DNA of 64,000 bases from a virus. Its lineage: Duplodnaviria > Caudoviricetes. Below, piece by piece: positions 43,804 to 54,001 of the stretch (position 1 is the first letter of the stretch; each line of letters starts with the position of its first letter). Below the pieces are notes generated by a model. That model saw only the letters and a list, made by a program, of their open reading frames with translations, searched no databases and was not told the origin of the DNA. The translations under genes and the position numbers were made by a program. The DNA lies in IMG/VR virus record IMGVR_UViG_3300028048_000066, positions 1 to 64,000 of that record; one strand, given 5' to 3'.

Positions 43804-43832
43804 TTGACAAATCATAAAAAAACCAGTATAAT
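43804..43832 (+). promoter_or_regulatory. Consensus sigmaA promoter
   Basis: TTGACA-17-TATAAT. Confidence 0.9.
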
Positions 43833-43861
43833 ATTATTAAAGTCAATAGAAAGGAGAATTT

Positions 43862-44428
43862 ATGAAGAATTTAATTATTCAGTTAATTGGTGATTTAGTC
43901 ACTTCAATTTGGTGTATGTGGTCTAATTATAGATTTAGAAACACCGAAAGATTTAGCAAAGAATTACAAGATGATGATAAGGTATCTACTTACAAAGATA
44001 TTCAAGAGTTAATCATTAGATTGTATAGTTGTTTTATTTGGACAGCAGATGACATCACACAGTTAGGTGATGCTATTACTCCACCACCACAAAACTATAA
44101 AACATATTTAACAAAACCATTGAAAGATGACTGTGATGGTTTTCACTCACTTGTATATCATTGTTTATATAACAGTGGTATTGAGTGTTATTTACTTACT
44201 GCAAATGAAATTGGTGGTGGTCATTGTGTATTAACATTTAATCTTAATGATTTGTGGTATGTAATTGATTATAATAAGATTTATGGTGGTTTCCACGACT
44301 TAAAGAGTACTGTTTATGATTATAATAAGCACTATACACAGGTATACAAGTGTAAAGAACCTATCTATAATGGATTTGTAAAGTATAATTATGATAGTGG
44401 AAAGTTTGTTAGAGTAGATTTAATTTGA
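43862..44428 (+). CDS. Transglutaminase-like cysteine peptidase
   Basis: DDCDGF..GHCVL..WYVID Cys-His-Asp triad pattern. Confidence 0.7.
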   Translation: MKNLIIQLIGDLVTSIWCMWSNYRFRNTERFSKELQDDDKVSTYKDIQELIIRLYSCFIWTADDITQLGDAITPPPQNYKTYLTKPLKDDCDGFHSLVYHCLYNSGIECYLLTANEIGGGHCVLTFNLNDLWYVIDYNKIYGGFHDLKSTVYDYNKHYTQVYKCKEPIYNGFVKYNYDSGKFVRVDLI

Positions 44429-44429
44429 G

Positions 44430-45320
44430 GTGTTTATGACATATAATGATTTTTGTAATGATTATTTAAAACCACTTAACAGATATGCAAATATGATTCC
44501 TAATTGGACTTTTATGACAAAGACACAATTAGCAAATGGATATAGTGATGCAGAATCTAAAAATGATACAGAGGGTATGGCACAATATTTTTCTGCTATT
44601 GTATGTAAGTATTGGGGATTTATTCCATATTTTTGTAGTGCAAATAAAACACTCGCTTTTGATACTTGCTATAATTGGATTGTTGATGGTATTATGAAAG
44701 GCCTTAGATACAAGAGGTGGCAAGACCCAGAATCCGATTTAAGTAAAGAACCAGACGGTGCTAAGAAAGTATTTGATAGATGTATTTGGAGTGTTATGAA
44801 TCAATACTATGTAAACTTAAATAGAGTTAATAATAAAATTATTTCAAAGTCACTTTCACTTGATGCTTTAATAGAGATGAGAGATGTTCCTGAAGATGTT
44901 TTAACTTTATCAAAAGCAAGTTTATATGAAGAAGTGGATGAGTACGATAAACTAGAAAATGAATCTATCGTTGATGATATAATAAATACATACATCAGTA
45001 AGAAGGAAATATTTAAAGCAATGATTGTTGATACTATTTGTTATCAAAATGCTTTCATCAATGAGAATACAAAAGAAGAAACATTCTCTAAAAATTTAGT
45101 TGTAAGAAATATCAACAGTATAAAAAAAGAAGATTATTATATTAACTATTTTTGCTCTAAATATAAATTAAATAAGAATGAAACAAAAGAATCTGTATTA
45201 AGTAGATTAACAGACAGACACTATAATGTAGTTTGTAACTGGTTAAATAAACTTATTGACAGAACACTAGAAGAATTAAAAAGTAATAAAGGTTTAATGG
45301 AGAGTTGTTATGTTGGTTGA
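44430..45320 (+). CDS. Putative phage sigma factor
   Basis: Region-2-like GIMKGL..FDRCI.SVM..YY followed by SLSLD; helical. Confidence 0.45.
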   Translation: MFMTYNDFCNDYLKPLNRYANMIPNWTFMTKTQLANGYSDAESKNDTEGMAQYFSAIVCKYWGFIPYFCSANKTLAFDTCYNWIVDGIMKGLRYKRWQDPESDLSKEPDGAKKVFDRCIWSVMNQYYVNLNRVNNKIISKSLSLDALIEMRDVPEDVLTLSKASLYEEVDEYDKLENESIVDDIINTYISKKEIFKAMIVDTICYQNAFINENTKEETFSKNLVVRNINSIKKEDYYINYFCSKYKLNKNETKESVLSRLTDRHYNVVCNWLNKLIDRTLEELKSNKGLMESCYVG

Positions 45321-46065
45321 TATTATGGATATGAGTGATTATATAACATTTAATATAAGTCTAGCAAAGATATTTGGACTTAATGCTTCTGTCTATTGTA
45401 GTGAGTTAATTACCATATATAAGAAAGCAGTAAAGAAGAATAAGTTGGTTGATGATGGATTCTTCAAGTTAGATAGAAAATATGTAACAGACAGAACCAC
45501 ACTTACAGTTGAACAACAACTTGCGGTAGACCATTCCTGGATGCTTTGTGGTATTATGAAGAAACACCCAGAGAATCCTGATATTATTAAACTTGATATT
45601 GATTTAATAGTTAGCATTATTACAAGTGAAGACACTAACAAGTTAAGTAAATTATCAAAAGACTTTAAGGTAAGGTCAAAAGATGAAGAAAAACAATTAA
45701 AGAAGAATTTGGTTGTTAAGAGTTTACAAGATAGTATTGAATGTAAGAACTATGAATTACTCACAGCATTAAGGGGTTGGGTTGCATCAATTTATTCAAA
45801 ACCAAATACATATTTATCTAAAGCAATGATTAAAGACTTTCAGAAGACCTTAGATGACTTCGCAAAGGGAGATTTGGATTTGGCATTAAGAATAGTTGAA
45901 ATTGCTTCTACACAATGTTACAAGCAGTGTCAGTGGGCAATTGACCTCTATTTGAAGGATGAAAAACAGAGAAAAGCAAAACAGGAATATGCACAATCAA
46001 GAATAAGAGTTACTACTCAAAAAGTGGCAACAAATGATACAATTAAAAAAGATGTAAAATTTTAA
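45310..46065 (+). CDS. Putative replication initiator / wHTH protein
   Basis: FNISLAKIFGLNASVY..EL N-terminus typical of phage initiators; near the DnaC-like gene. Confidence 0.5.
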   Translation: MLVDIMDMSDYITFNISLAKIFGLNASVYCSELITIYKKAVKKNKLVDDGFFKLDRKYVTDRTTLTVEQQLAVDHSWMLCGIMKKHPENPDIIKLDIDLIVSIITSEDTNKLSKLSKDFKVRSKDEEKQLKKNLVVKSLQDSIECKNYELLTALRGWVASIYSKPNTYLSKAMIKDFQKTLDDFAKGDLDLALRIVEIASTQCYKQCQWAIDLYLKDEKQRKAKQEYAQSRIRVTTQKVATNDTIKKDVKF

Positions 46066-46074
46066 TAAAAGTTC

Positions 46075-46103
46075 TTGACTTTTGTTTTTGAAAGTAGTAT
46101 AAT
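46075..46103 (+). promoter_or_regulatory. Strong sigmaA (early) promoter
   Basis: TTGACT-17-TATAAT; near-identical to 58657-58685. Confidence 0.85.
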
Positions 46104-46130
46104 AATAGTATCAATGAATGAGGTGTACTT

Positions 46131-46415
46131 ATGACAAGAACATTTAAAAGAGGATATGTAGAAAAAGGTTGGTTTAACTCAATTACTAATAAATGGGTTG
46201 ATGATGAATATGCAGCAACAGTATCCAAAATTAAACAAAACGATGATTTATATTATTGGGAAGACGAGGATGAAGATGAAATTGATGGTGTTGGTGGATT
46301 TGCTACAGAAGAAGAAGCAATTGAATGGATGGTAAGTGAACACCACATCAAAGAATTGTATAATGATGATGGTTTAGTTTGGACTAAATTGAATTACACA
46401 CCAAGTGATGATTAA
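46131..46415 (+). CDS. Hypothetical early protein
   Basis: GAGGTG RBS. Confidence 0.7.
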   Translation: MTRTFKRGYVEKGWFNSITNKWVDDEYAATVSKIKQNDDLYYWEDEDEDEIDGVGGFATEEEAIEWMVSEHHIKELYNDDGLVWTKLNYTPSDD

Positions 46416-46428
46416 GGAGAATCTGTTT

Positions 46429-46617
46429 ATGAAGATGGATGAAATTTTACAAGAAATCTGGGGATTAGCACATTCACAAGGATTCTATGGAAGATTGTAT
46501 GAAGCAATTATGGAATTAAAAGAAGAAGACCAAGAAGGTTATGAAGAATATAAAAATACATTAGAAGAACAAAACTTCAAAGATGTATTAGATATGGTAT
46601 TATATTTTGAAGCATAA
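46429..46617 (+). CDS. Hypothetical protein
   Basis: AAGGAG RBS; LAHSQGFYGRL. Confidence 0.7.
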   Translation: MKMDEILQEIWGLAHSQGFYGRLYEAIMELKEEDQEGYEEYKNTLEEQNFKDVLDMVLYFEA

Positions 46618-46627
46618 GGAGATTTAT

Positions 46628-47113
46628 ATGGAAACAAAATTATTTCATAAAGATGTATATATCCCAGAAGAGTGTTCATTAACCATAAAGCAAATGCAAG
46701 AACAATTCTTTGGTTATAAATTATCAAAGCATTTACAAGACCACATCAAAGATAATGAAACAACCTTTGATAGAAAACACAATTACACAAAAGAAGAAGT
46801 ATTAAGTAAACTTGATACAATTAAAGGCAACCCAAGAGAGGTCTTTGAGGTTGAGATGAGCAGGGATAAAAAAGCATTTAGAACAAAGGACTGGGTTTTA
46901 ACAAAGTTCTGTATTAGAATACCTTTTAATGATAATGATGATATGTGTGTGGCAATTAGACCAGACTATAGTGGTTCTGATGCCTTTTATAGATGGGGTT
47001 TTCTTATTGTGACAATTTGGATTAACTCAAACAGTGACTCACATACAACATTAGATGTTACAAAGTATTGCAGTGAAGAAGATTGGGAGAAAGCAAATGG
47101 AGAACAAAAATAA
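46628..47113 (+). CDS. Hypothetical protein, possible RNase-like fold
   Basis: AAGGAG RBS; SKH..H and IVTIW.N..D.H.TLD. Confidence 0.65.
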   Translation: METKLFHKDVYIPEECSLTIKQMQEQFFGYKLSKHLQDHIKDNETTFDRKHNYTKEEVLSKLDTIKGNPREVFEVEMSRDKKAFRTKDWVLTKFCIRIPFNDNDDMCVAIRPDYSGSDAFYRWGFLIVTIWINSNSDSHTTLDVTKYCSEEDWEKANGEQK

Positions 47114-47783
47114 TTGCTTTTTATTTAATGAGTGCAATCATAGAGATTGCAATAAAGATTTTTGTATGAGATTATACAAGTTGAATTACTTGTATGGTCT
47201 TGCACTATTATCACAACAGCAAAGAAAGCATATTTCTTTAGTTATTGATGATGATGAAACAGACAAAGAAGAGTTTCAAAATCTAAAATCAATTGAAAGT
47301 AATATTCTACGATTCGTAGAGAATGGAGAGAACTTATATCTACATTCAAGAATATGTGGTTGTGGAAAGACAAGTTGGGCATTGAGAATGATTCAAGCAT
47401 ACTTTAATAAAATCTGGCAAAAGAGTGGATTGGTGTGTAGAGCATTGTTTATAAATGTACCTAGATTTCTAATTGAATTAAAAGATAATATTTCAACTAA
47501 GAGTGGGTATATTACATATATAAAGGAAAATGTGTTAAATGCAGATTTGGTTGTTTGGGATGAGATAGGTAGTAAAGGTTTAACACAATATGAACACGAA
47601 AACATTTTGAATCTGCTTAATGCTAGATTAGATATGGGTAAAGCAAATATTTATACATCCAATTTATCAAATGAAGAACTTCACGATAGTGTTGGAGATA
47701 GATTATATAGTAGAATTGTAAACAATAGTATAGATATTCAATTAAATGGGGCAGATAAGAGGGGGATTAAGAATGAATTATAA
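47097..47783 (+). CDS. DnaC/IstB-like helicase loader ATPase
   Basis: CGCGKTS Walker A, LVVWDEIG Walker B, IYTSNL, DRLYSRI; N-terminal Cys cluster. Confidence 0.85.
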   Translation: MENKNNCFLFNECNHRDCNKDFCMRLYKLNYLYGLALLSQQQRKHISLVIDDDETDKEEFQNLKSIESNILRFVENGENLYLHSRICGCGKTSWALRMIQAYFNKIWQKSGLVCRALFINVPRFLIELKDNISTKSGYITYIKENVLNADLVVWDEIGSKGLTQYEHENILNLLNARLDMGKANIYTSNLSNEELHDSVGDRLYSRIVNNSIDIQLNGADKRGIKNEL

Positions 47784-48474
47784 TGTATATGAAATTTCAC
47801 CACATTATGCAATAGAGTATTTAAAGAAGAATCACCCAAAACACTCTTGTTGCTCTAATATATTTGTATGTTATGGACTATTTAAAGAAGAAGAGGGTGG
47901 ACTATTTGGAACTCAAGATAAACTTATTGGTGTAGTTGCATACAGAAAACCTTGGAATAAAGGTGTAGGTAAAAGAATATTTGAAAAAGAATATGCTAAT
48001 GGTGTTTTAGAGATACATAGATTATATGTAGAAACTAATGACCCTACAGATGAAATTGTATTGCTTGGACAATCTACAAGACAGTTAAGAGAAAAATATA
48101 AAAACATCTATGCCATTGTTGACTATGCAAAAGGGTATGATAGAATGGTCGTGTACACATTTACGGGTTTCTATGTTAGTGAAGACCACGACAGGTCAAT
48201 TAGACATATTAAGTTTTTGTATAGAACAGAAGAAGAAAAACAAGCACTATTATCTAAATGTAAAGTAGAAGCAATATTAAAGTATGAGGGCTACTTAAAA
48301 GAAACACAGAAGGAAACAGACATTGATTCATTTTTAATTAAATTGGGTCGCATTTGGCATAAAAATAAAAAGTTAAGGTTTGGTCAGTTAATAATGAATG
48401 TGTTTGATAAGCAAGACATCTATAATAAAAAAGATGAAAGTTTTTTAAACGAATTGATTGACTTTTATGAATAG
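47773..48474 (+). CDS. Mom-like GNAT-fold protein (degenerate) fused to a small C-terminal domain
   Basis: YL.KNH, YGLF, LIGV.AY..P, VLEIHRL, IVDYA; C-terminal W.K...LRFGQLI.N. Confidence 0.5.
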   Translation: MNYNVYEISPHYAIEYLKKNHPKHSCCSNIFVCYGLFKEEEGGLFGTQDKLIGVVAYRKPWNKGVGKRIFEKEYANGVLEIHRLYVETNDPTDEIVLLGQSTRQLREKYKNIYAIVDYAKGYDRMVVYTFTGFYVSEDHDRSIRHIKFLYRTEEEKQALLSKCKVEAILKYEGYLKETQKETDIDSFLIKLGRIWHKNKKLRFGQLIMNVFDKQDIYNKKDESFLNELIDFYE

Positions 48475-48486
48475 AAGTTGTATAAT
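48458..48486 (+). promoter_or_regulatory. sigmaA promoter
   Basis: TTGACT-17-TATAAT. Confidence 0.8.
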
Positions 48487-48504
48487 ATATAGAAAGGAGT
48501 TGAA

Positions 48505-49779
48505 ATGATACAATTACAGTTTCTTAATTATTTACTAGAAAAACAAGATTCATCATTGATTGTGTTAAACAATCTAAATGATGGGTTCTTTTCTGATTAT
48601 AAAAGTGAATTCAATTTTATTAAAAACCACTTAGACCAGTATGGAAATATTTGTGATTTATCAACATTCTTAAATGTATTCCCAGATTTTGAGGTAATTA
48701 AAGTAAATGAGAGTGAAGCGTATTTAATTAAAGCACTCTATGATGACTATAATACAAGAAATATTGCAAGTGTTTTCAATAAGATTAGAACATCTCTTAT
48801 GAGTGGTGATGTTGATAAAGCAATGCAAGACCTTAAGAATGCACAAGAGAATATGGTAGCAGGAGTTTCTATGACTTGTGTAGATATTGCTAAAGATACA
48901 AGTAGATACAATGACTATGTGGAGAGAACACAAGACTTTGGCAAATACTATATCTCAACAGGTTTTAAGGAATTAGATAAAGTTGTAGGTGGGTTTGATA
49001 GAGAAGAAGAATTAGCAACCATTGTAGCAAGAACAAATTATGGTAAATCTTGGATTCTATTAAAGTGTGCATTAGCATCTGCTCAACAAGGACTTAATGT
49101 TGGTATCTATTCTGGTGAAATGTCAGAGAGAAAGGTTGGATATAGAATTGATACTTTACTAGGACATATTAACAATGGTGCTATTATTCACGGTAATGTA
49201 TCTTATCAAAATGAATATAAGAAGTATATAGATGAATTACCACATATGCTTAAAGGCAGTATTAAGGTATTAACACCAAAAATGATTAGTGGTCCAGCAA
49301 CAGTAAACTCATTACAAGTGTTTATTGAGAAAGAGAAGTTAGACATCTTATTTGTAGACCAACTCTCACTATTAGAAGACCAAAGAAAAGGTAAGACACC
49401 TGTAGAAAAAGCATCTAATATTTCAAAAGACTTAAAGAATTTACAAGTAATGAAAAGAATACCTATCATTAGTGTATCACAACAAAACAGAACAAAAGCA
49501 GATGATGGTGTAGATACAACACAAATTGCTCAAAGTGATAGAATTGGTCAAGATAGTACAATGATTCTATTCTTGGAAAAGAAAGATGACATAATGAAGA
49601 TTACATTAGTCAAATCAAGAGATAGTGAAAATGGTAAAGTATTAACATATTGTGTTGACCTTAATCTTGGAAACTTTGTATATATTCCAGATGAGAATGA
49701 TGCAAATGGTGGAGAGGTTGAAGAGGATTATGAAACAAGATACACAGAAAAAGTAGAAGGAGAGGATGTTGATTTCTAA
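48505..49779 (+). CDS. dnaB: Replicative DNA helicase
   Basis: STGF.ELD, ARTNYGKS, SGEM, VDQL, SQQNR, IGQDS. Confidence 0.92.
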   Translation: MIQLQFLNYLLEKQDSSLIVLNNLNDGFFSDYKSEFNFIKNHLDQYGNICDLSTFLNVFPDFEVIKVNESEAYLIKALYDDYNTRNIASVFNKIRTSLMSGDVDKAMQDLKNAQENMVAGVSMTCVDIAKDTSRYNDYVERTQDFGKYYISTGFKELDKVVGGFDREEELATIVARTNYGKSWILLKCALASAQQGLNVGIYSGEMSERKVGYRIDTLLGHINNGAIIHGNVSYQNEYKKYIDELPHMLKGSIKVLTPKMISGPATVNSLQVFIEKEKLDILFVDQLSLLEDQRKGKTPVEKASNISKDLKNLQVMKRIPIISVSQQNRTKADDGVDTTQIAQSDRIGQDSTMILFLEKKDDIMKITLVKSRDSENGKVLTYCVDLNLGNFVYIPDENDANGGEVEEDYETRYTEKVEGEDVDF

Positions 49780-50702
49780 TGATTTTAGTAGATGGTAAAG
49801 TATTTAAAGTAGACATTGAATCTATACTAGAAAGAATACAACAAGAACTCACTAATGGTAAGTTAAGAACCTTCAAGAGAAAAACTTCAGGCATTAGTGT
49901 TCCTTGTCCAGTTCATAGTGATGGTATGGAGAAGCATCCATCCTGCTATATCAATGATGATGGCATTTGGCATTGCTTTGCTTGTGGTTCAAGAGGGGGA
50001 ATAGATTCATTTGTAGCACATTGTTTTGAGATTGACCTTAAAGATGCTAGAAAGTGGTTGTATGATAGGTTTGAATTTAATGATAGTGATAAAGAAATTG
50101 ACCTACAACCAATAGTTATAAACAAAAAGAACGAAGTTAAGGTATTAGATGAGAGTATACTTGACACATATCAATCATTTCATCCATATATGACAAAAAG
50201 AAAGTTAAGTCAAGAGATATGTGAGAAGTTTAGTGTTAAATATGACAGCAAATCCGAATCACTTGTCTTTCCAGTATGGGATGAAAAAGGTAAACTTGTA
50301 TTACTAACTAGAAGAAGTGTCAAAAACAAGACATTTATGATAGATGCAAATGTAGAGAAACCTGTATATCTGTTGAATTTCATAGAAAAGGAAAACATAA
50401 AGGATGTAATAGTATGTGAGAGTCAAATAAATGCTTTATACTGCTGGACTTTGGGTTATCCTGCAATAGCACTATTTGGAACTGGTTCAGAACATCAATA
50501 CAAAGTGTTAAATAACTGTGGAATAAGACATTACACACTTGCATTTGATGGTGATGATGCTGGAAATAAGGGTAGAGAGAGGTTTTTGCATAAAATCAGA
50601 GATGATGTATTTGTAGACTGTGTAACTCTACCAAAAGGTATGGATTTAAACGATTTAGACAAAAATGAAATAAAATTTTTGCTCAATCATAGTGTATTTT
50701 GA
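49779..50702 (+). CDS. dnaG: DNA primase
   Basis: CPVH..HCFAC zinc finger; TOPRIM CES and FDGDDAG. Confidence 0.9.
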   Translation: MILVDGKVFKVDIESILERIQQELTNGKLRTFKRKTSGISVPCPVHSDGMEKHPSCYINDDGIWHCFACGSRGGIDSFVAHCFEIDLKDARKWLYDRFEFNDSDKEIDLQPIVINKKNEVKVLDESILDTYQSFHPYMTKRKLSQEICEKFSVKYDSKSESLVFPVWDEKGKLVLLTRRSVKNKTFMIDANVEKPVYLLNFIEKENIKDVIVCESQINALYCWTLGYPAIALFGTGSEHQYKVLNNCGIRHYTLAFDGDDAGNKGRERFLHKIRDDVFVDCVTLPKGMDLNDLDKNEIKFLLNHSVF

Positions 50703-50720
50703 GAAAAATTATTGTATAAT
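50692..50720 (+). promoter_or_regulatory. sigmaA-like promoter
   Basis: TTGTATAAT; GTGTAT at the -35 position. Confidence 0.55.
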
Positions 50721-50752
50721 ATAAGTGAAATAAAAAGAAAGGAGAAAAAAGT

Positions 50753-51499
50753 ATGGCAACATTTAATTTTGAAGCGTACAAACAACAAGAAAAAGAAAGA
50801 AGCAACAAGTCAAGTTCTCAAAAAGAGTTTAAGAAAGTTGGGTATCTTAATACTTTAAAAGATGATGGAGATGAAGTTATTGTAAGATTTGCTTATGATT
50901 CACCTTCACAATTTGACACAGTTACAGTTCATAGAGAACAAATTGGTAATAGATATAGTTATGTATCTTGTTTAAGAGATGCTTATGCACCACTTACAGA
51001 TTGTCCTTTATGTGCTAGAGGTGATGCTGTTACAACAAGATTCTTTGTAAAGGTAATTGCATATGAATTAGATGAAAATGGTAATGTAGTTGCAAGTGGT
51101 AAAGTATGGGATAGACCAATTTCATTTGCATACAAACTTGCTGATTTCTGTAAAGAGTATCCAGACTTATCTGATTATATCTTCAAGATTAAGAGAAGGG
51201 GTGAAAAGGGTTCAATGAAAACAGAATATGACATTATTCCTACAAACCCAAATATTTACAAACAAGACATTTATGTAAAGGATTTCTCTTGCTTTGATAA
51301 CTTTGATTTATCACACCACTCTTACTATGACAAGAGTTTTGATGAGGTAGAAAACTTTGTAAGCACTGGAAACTTTGAATCTAAAGAAGAAGCAAAGGTA
51401 CAATATCAACAACCAGTAGCACAACCACAAGTTGTCAGAGAAGTACCAAAAGAAAGACCACAAATTGACCCAACAGATAGACCAAGAAGAACTTACTAA
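50753..51499 (+). CDS. Single-stranded DNA-binding protein (gp32-like)
   Basis: LKDDG..VRF, CPLC, KIKR.GEKG..TEY; lies between primase and polymerase. Confidence 0.75.
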   Translation: MATFNFEAYKQQEKERSNKSSSQKEFKKVGYLNTLKDDGDEVIVRFAYDSPSQFDTVTVHREQIGNRYSYVSCLRDAYAPLTDCPLCARGDAVTTRFFVKVIAYELDENGNVVASGKVWDRPISFAYKLADFCKEYPDLSDYIFKIKRRGEKGSMKTEYDIIPTNPNIYKQDIYVKDFSCFDNFDLSHHSYYDKSFDEVENFVSTGNFESKEEAKVQYQQPVAQPQVVREVPKERPQIDPTDRPRRTY

Positions 51500-51502
51500 T
51501 AT

Positions 51503-53956
51503 ATGGATATATTTGATTTACTTGGAATAGAATCAGAAAACGATAAAGAGAAAACATCCAAGATTGTTAAGAAAATAAAAGAACCTAAAGAACTTGCTGG
51601 GAATAAAGCAATTACCAGTAAGAAACTTTCTAAAAAAGAGAAAGTAGAATTGATTAAGCAAAATGTAATCAATATTTTAGGTAAACACTTGGATGATTCT
51701 TTTGTGGTTAAAACCAAAGAAGAGTTTGTTGACTATGTTGATACTTCCATTGAGAATAATCTAATAGTAATAGACACAGAAACAAATAACAGTCTTGACC
51801 CATTAACCTGCAAGATAATGGGTTTATGTCTTTATACTCCAGGCAAGAATCAATGTTATGTCCCAGTAAACCACAGAGATGTTGATACTGATTTAAGGTT
51901 AGAGTGGCAACTCACAGAAAATGACTTAAATGAACAATTACAAAGATTAGTTGATAATAATGTAAAGATAATCTACCACAATGCGAAATTTGACTATCAA
52001 GTTCTTAAATGTACTTGTGGTGTAGAGTTACCAATATATTGGGATACAATGATTGGTGCTAGGTTGTTGAATGAGAATGAAAGTGCTGGATTAAAAGAGC
52101 AATATGTACTTCATATAGATAGTGAACAAGAAAAATATTCAATTGAGAAACTATTTGAAAAGGAAGAGTATGCAATCTTTGCCCCAGAACTATTCTCACT
52201 TTATGCCTCTACAGATGCTCTAATGACATACAAGTTATATGAGTATCAAGTTAATTTATTTAATCAAGAAGAGAATAAAGGTGTTTACAAGTTGTTTAGG
52301 GATGTTGAGATGCCTTGTATAAAAGTGGTTGCTGAGATGGAACTTACAGGCATTGCTATTGATTTAGAGTATTGTGAGAGACTATCTAATAAGTATCATA
52401 ATCAATTAGATGAGTTAAATGAACAAATCAATAAAGAACTTGATGGATTAAAGGACAAGATAAACAAATGGAAACTTACACCAGAAGCAAACGAAAAGAA
52501 AATAAGTGGTGATAAGGTTTCTAAGTCAAAGGCAGAACAATTAGAAGACCCAATCAATCTTGGAAGTCCAACTCAATTAGCAATACTTCTTTATGATGTA
52601 TTAAAGATAGAACCTGTTGATAAGTTAAAACCAAGAGGAACAGGAAAGGAAGAATTAACAAAGATTTATGATAAGACAGGATTAGAATTGTGTAATCTTT
52701 TGTTAGAGCATAAGAAACTATCCAAACTCATTGAAGCATTCTTGGATACATTACCAAAGAAAGTAAATGAGAAGACAGGAAGAATCCATTGTACTTTTAG
52801 ACAAATAGGTGCAGATACAGGTAGATTTAGTTGTACAGAACCAAACCTTCAACAAATTCCATCAAAGAACAATGAAATTAGATTGATGTTCAAGGCACAA
52901 GATGGTTATGTTTTAGTTGGAAGTGACTTCTCTCAGCAAGAACCAAGACTATTATCAAACTATTCAAGAGATGATAATATGGTTAAAGCATACCAAGAAG
53001 GCAAGGACTTATACTCAATGATTGCTTCAAAGGTATATCACAATAAGTATGAAGATAATTTGGAACACTTTGAAGATGGTAGCATCAATGAAGATGGCAA
53101 GAAGAGAAGGTCTAGTGTTAAGAGTTTACTACTTGGAATTATGTATGGAATGGGAACTGCATCAATTGCAAAGAATATTAAAGGAACATATCAAGAAGCA
53201 AAAGACATCTTGGATGGTTTTTATACAGAGTTTCCAAAAGTTAAGAAGTGGATTGATAAGACAGAAGAAGATGGAAAGAAGGTCGGATATGTAGAAGATT
53301 GGTATGGAAGGAGAAGAAGATTACCAAACTTATTACTACAACCATATGTAATTCAATATAAGGATTCATCCAAAAATTCAACCTCATTTAACCCATTCTT
53401 ATATTGTAAAGATTTAGAGTTAGAAGATACAAAGATAAAGAAATATCGTAAACTTTGTGAGAACATTAAGACACCGAAGGATTATGATGAAATTAAACAA
53501 AAGGCAGATAGAGATGGAATTTCAATACATTCAAATACCACTTTGATTGCAGAAGCAGAAAGACAATGTGTTAATGCTAGAATACAAGGCGGTGCTGCAA
53601 CAATGACAAAAGTGGCAATGATTAAGTTGTATAATGATAAGGAATTAAATGACTTAGGATTTAAGATGCTTATAGGTGTTCACGATGAATTGATTGGAGA
53701 ATGCCCTAAAGAGAATGCAGATAAAGTAGCAGATAGGTTGACTTATATTATGATGACTTGTATTGAAGATTATTGTATTGTACCATTCAAGTGCGATGCT
53801 GAAATATCTGAACATTGGTATGAAGATGTTTACAGCAGTTCAATTAGAAAAGAGTACAGTAAATTAAAAGATAAATGTGATAACCCATTTGCTGAATTGT
53901 GTAAAAATCACAAAGAATCTAGTGAAAATTTCTTAGAAAGAGTGATAAATGAGTAA
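51503..53956 (+). CDS. polA: Family A DNA polymerase with 3'-5' exonuclease
   Basis: DTET, HNAKFD, TGRFS..PNLQQIP, DFSQQEPR, R...K...LG..YG, IQG.AA, VHDE. Confidence 0.95.
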   Translation: MDIFDLLGIESENDKEKTSKIVKKIKEPKELAGNKAITSKKLSKKEKVELIKQNVINILGKHLDDSFVVKTKEEFVDYVDTSIENNLIVIDTETNNSLDPLTCKIMGLCLYTPGKNQCYVPVNHRDVDTDLRLEWQLTENDLNEQLQRLVDNNVKIIYHNAKFDYQVLKCTCGVELPIYWDTMIGARLLNENESAGLKEQYVLHIDSEQEKYSIEKLFEKEEYAIFAPELFSLYASTDALMTYKLYEYQVNLFNQEENKGVYKLFRDVEMPCIKVVAEMELTGIAIDLEYCERLSNKYHNQLDELNEQINKELDGLKDKINKWKLTPEANEKKISGDKVSKSKAEQLEDPINLGSPTQLAILLYDVLKIEPVDKLKPRGTGKEELTKIYDKTGLELCNLLLEHKKLSKLIEAFLDTLPKKVNEKTGRIHCTFRQIGADTGRFSCTEPNLQQIPSKNNEIRLMFKAQDGYVLVGSDFSQQEPRLLSNYSRDDNMVKAYQEGKDLYSMIASKVYHNKYEDNLEHFEDGSINEDGKKRRSSVKSLLLGIMYGMGTASIAKNIKGTYQEAKDILDGFYTEFPKVKKWIDKTEEDGKKVGYVEDWYGRRRRLPNLLLQPYVIQYKDSSKNSTSFNPFLYCKDLELEDTKIKKYRKLCENIKTPKDYDEIKQKADRDGISIHSNTTLIAEAERQCVNARIQGGAATMTKVAMIKLYNDKELNDLGFKMLIGVHDELIGECPKENADKVADRLTYIMMTCIEDYCIVPFKCDAEISEHWYEDVYSSSIRKEYSKLKDKCDNPFAELCKNHKESSENFLERVINE

Positions 53957-53970
53957 AAATGTGGTATAAT
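53942..53970 (+). promoter_or_regulatory. Extended -10 sigmaA promoter
   Basis: TGTGGTATAAT. Confidence 0.7.
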
Positions 53971-54001
53971 ATTATATAGGAAAATAGAAAGGAGAACATA
54001 A

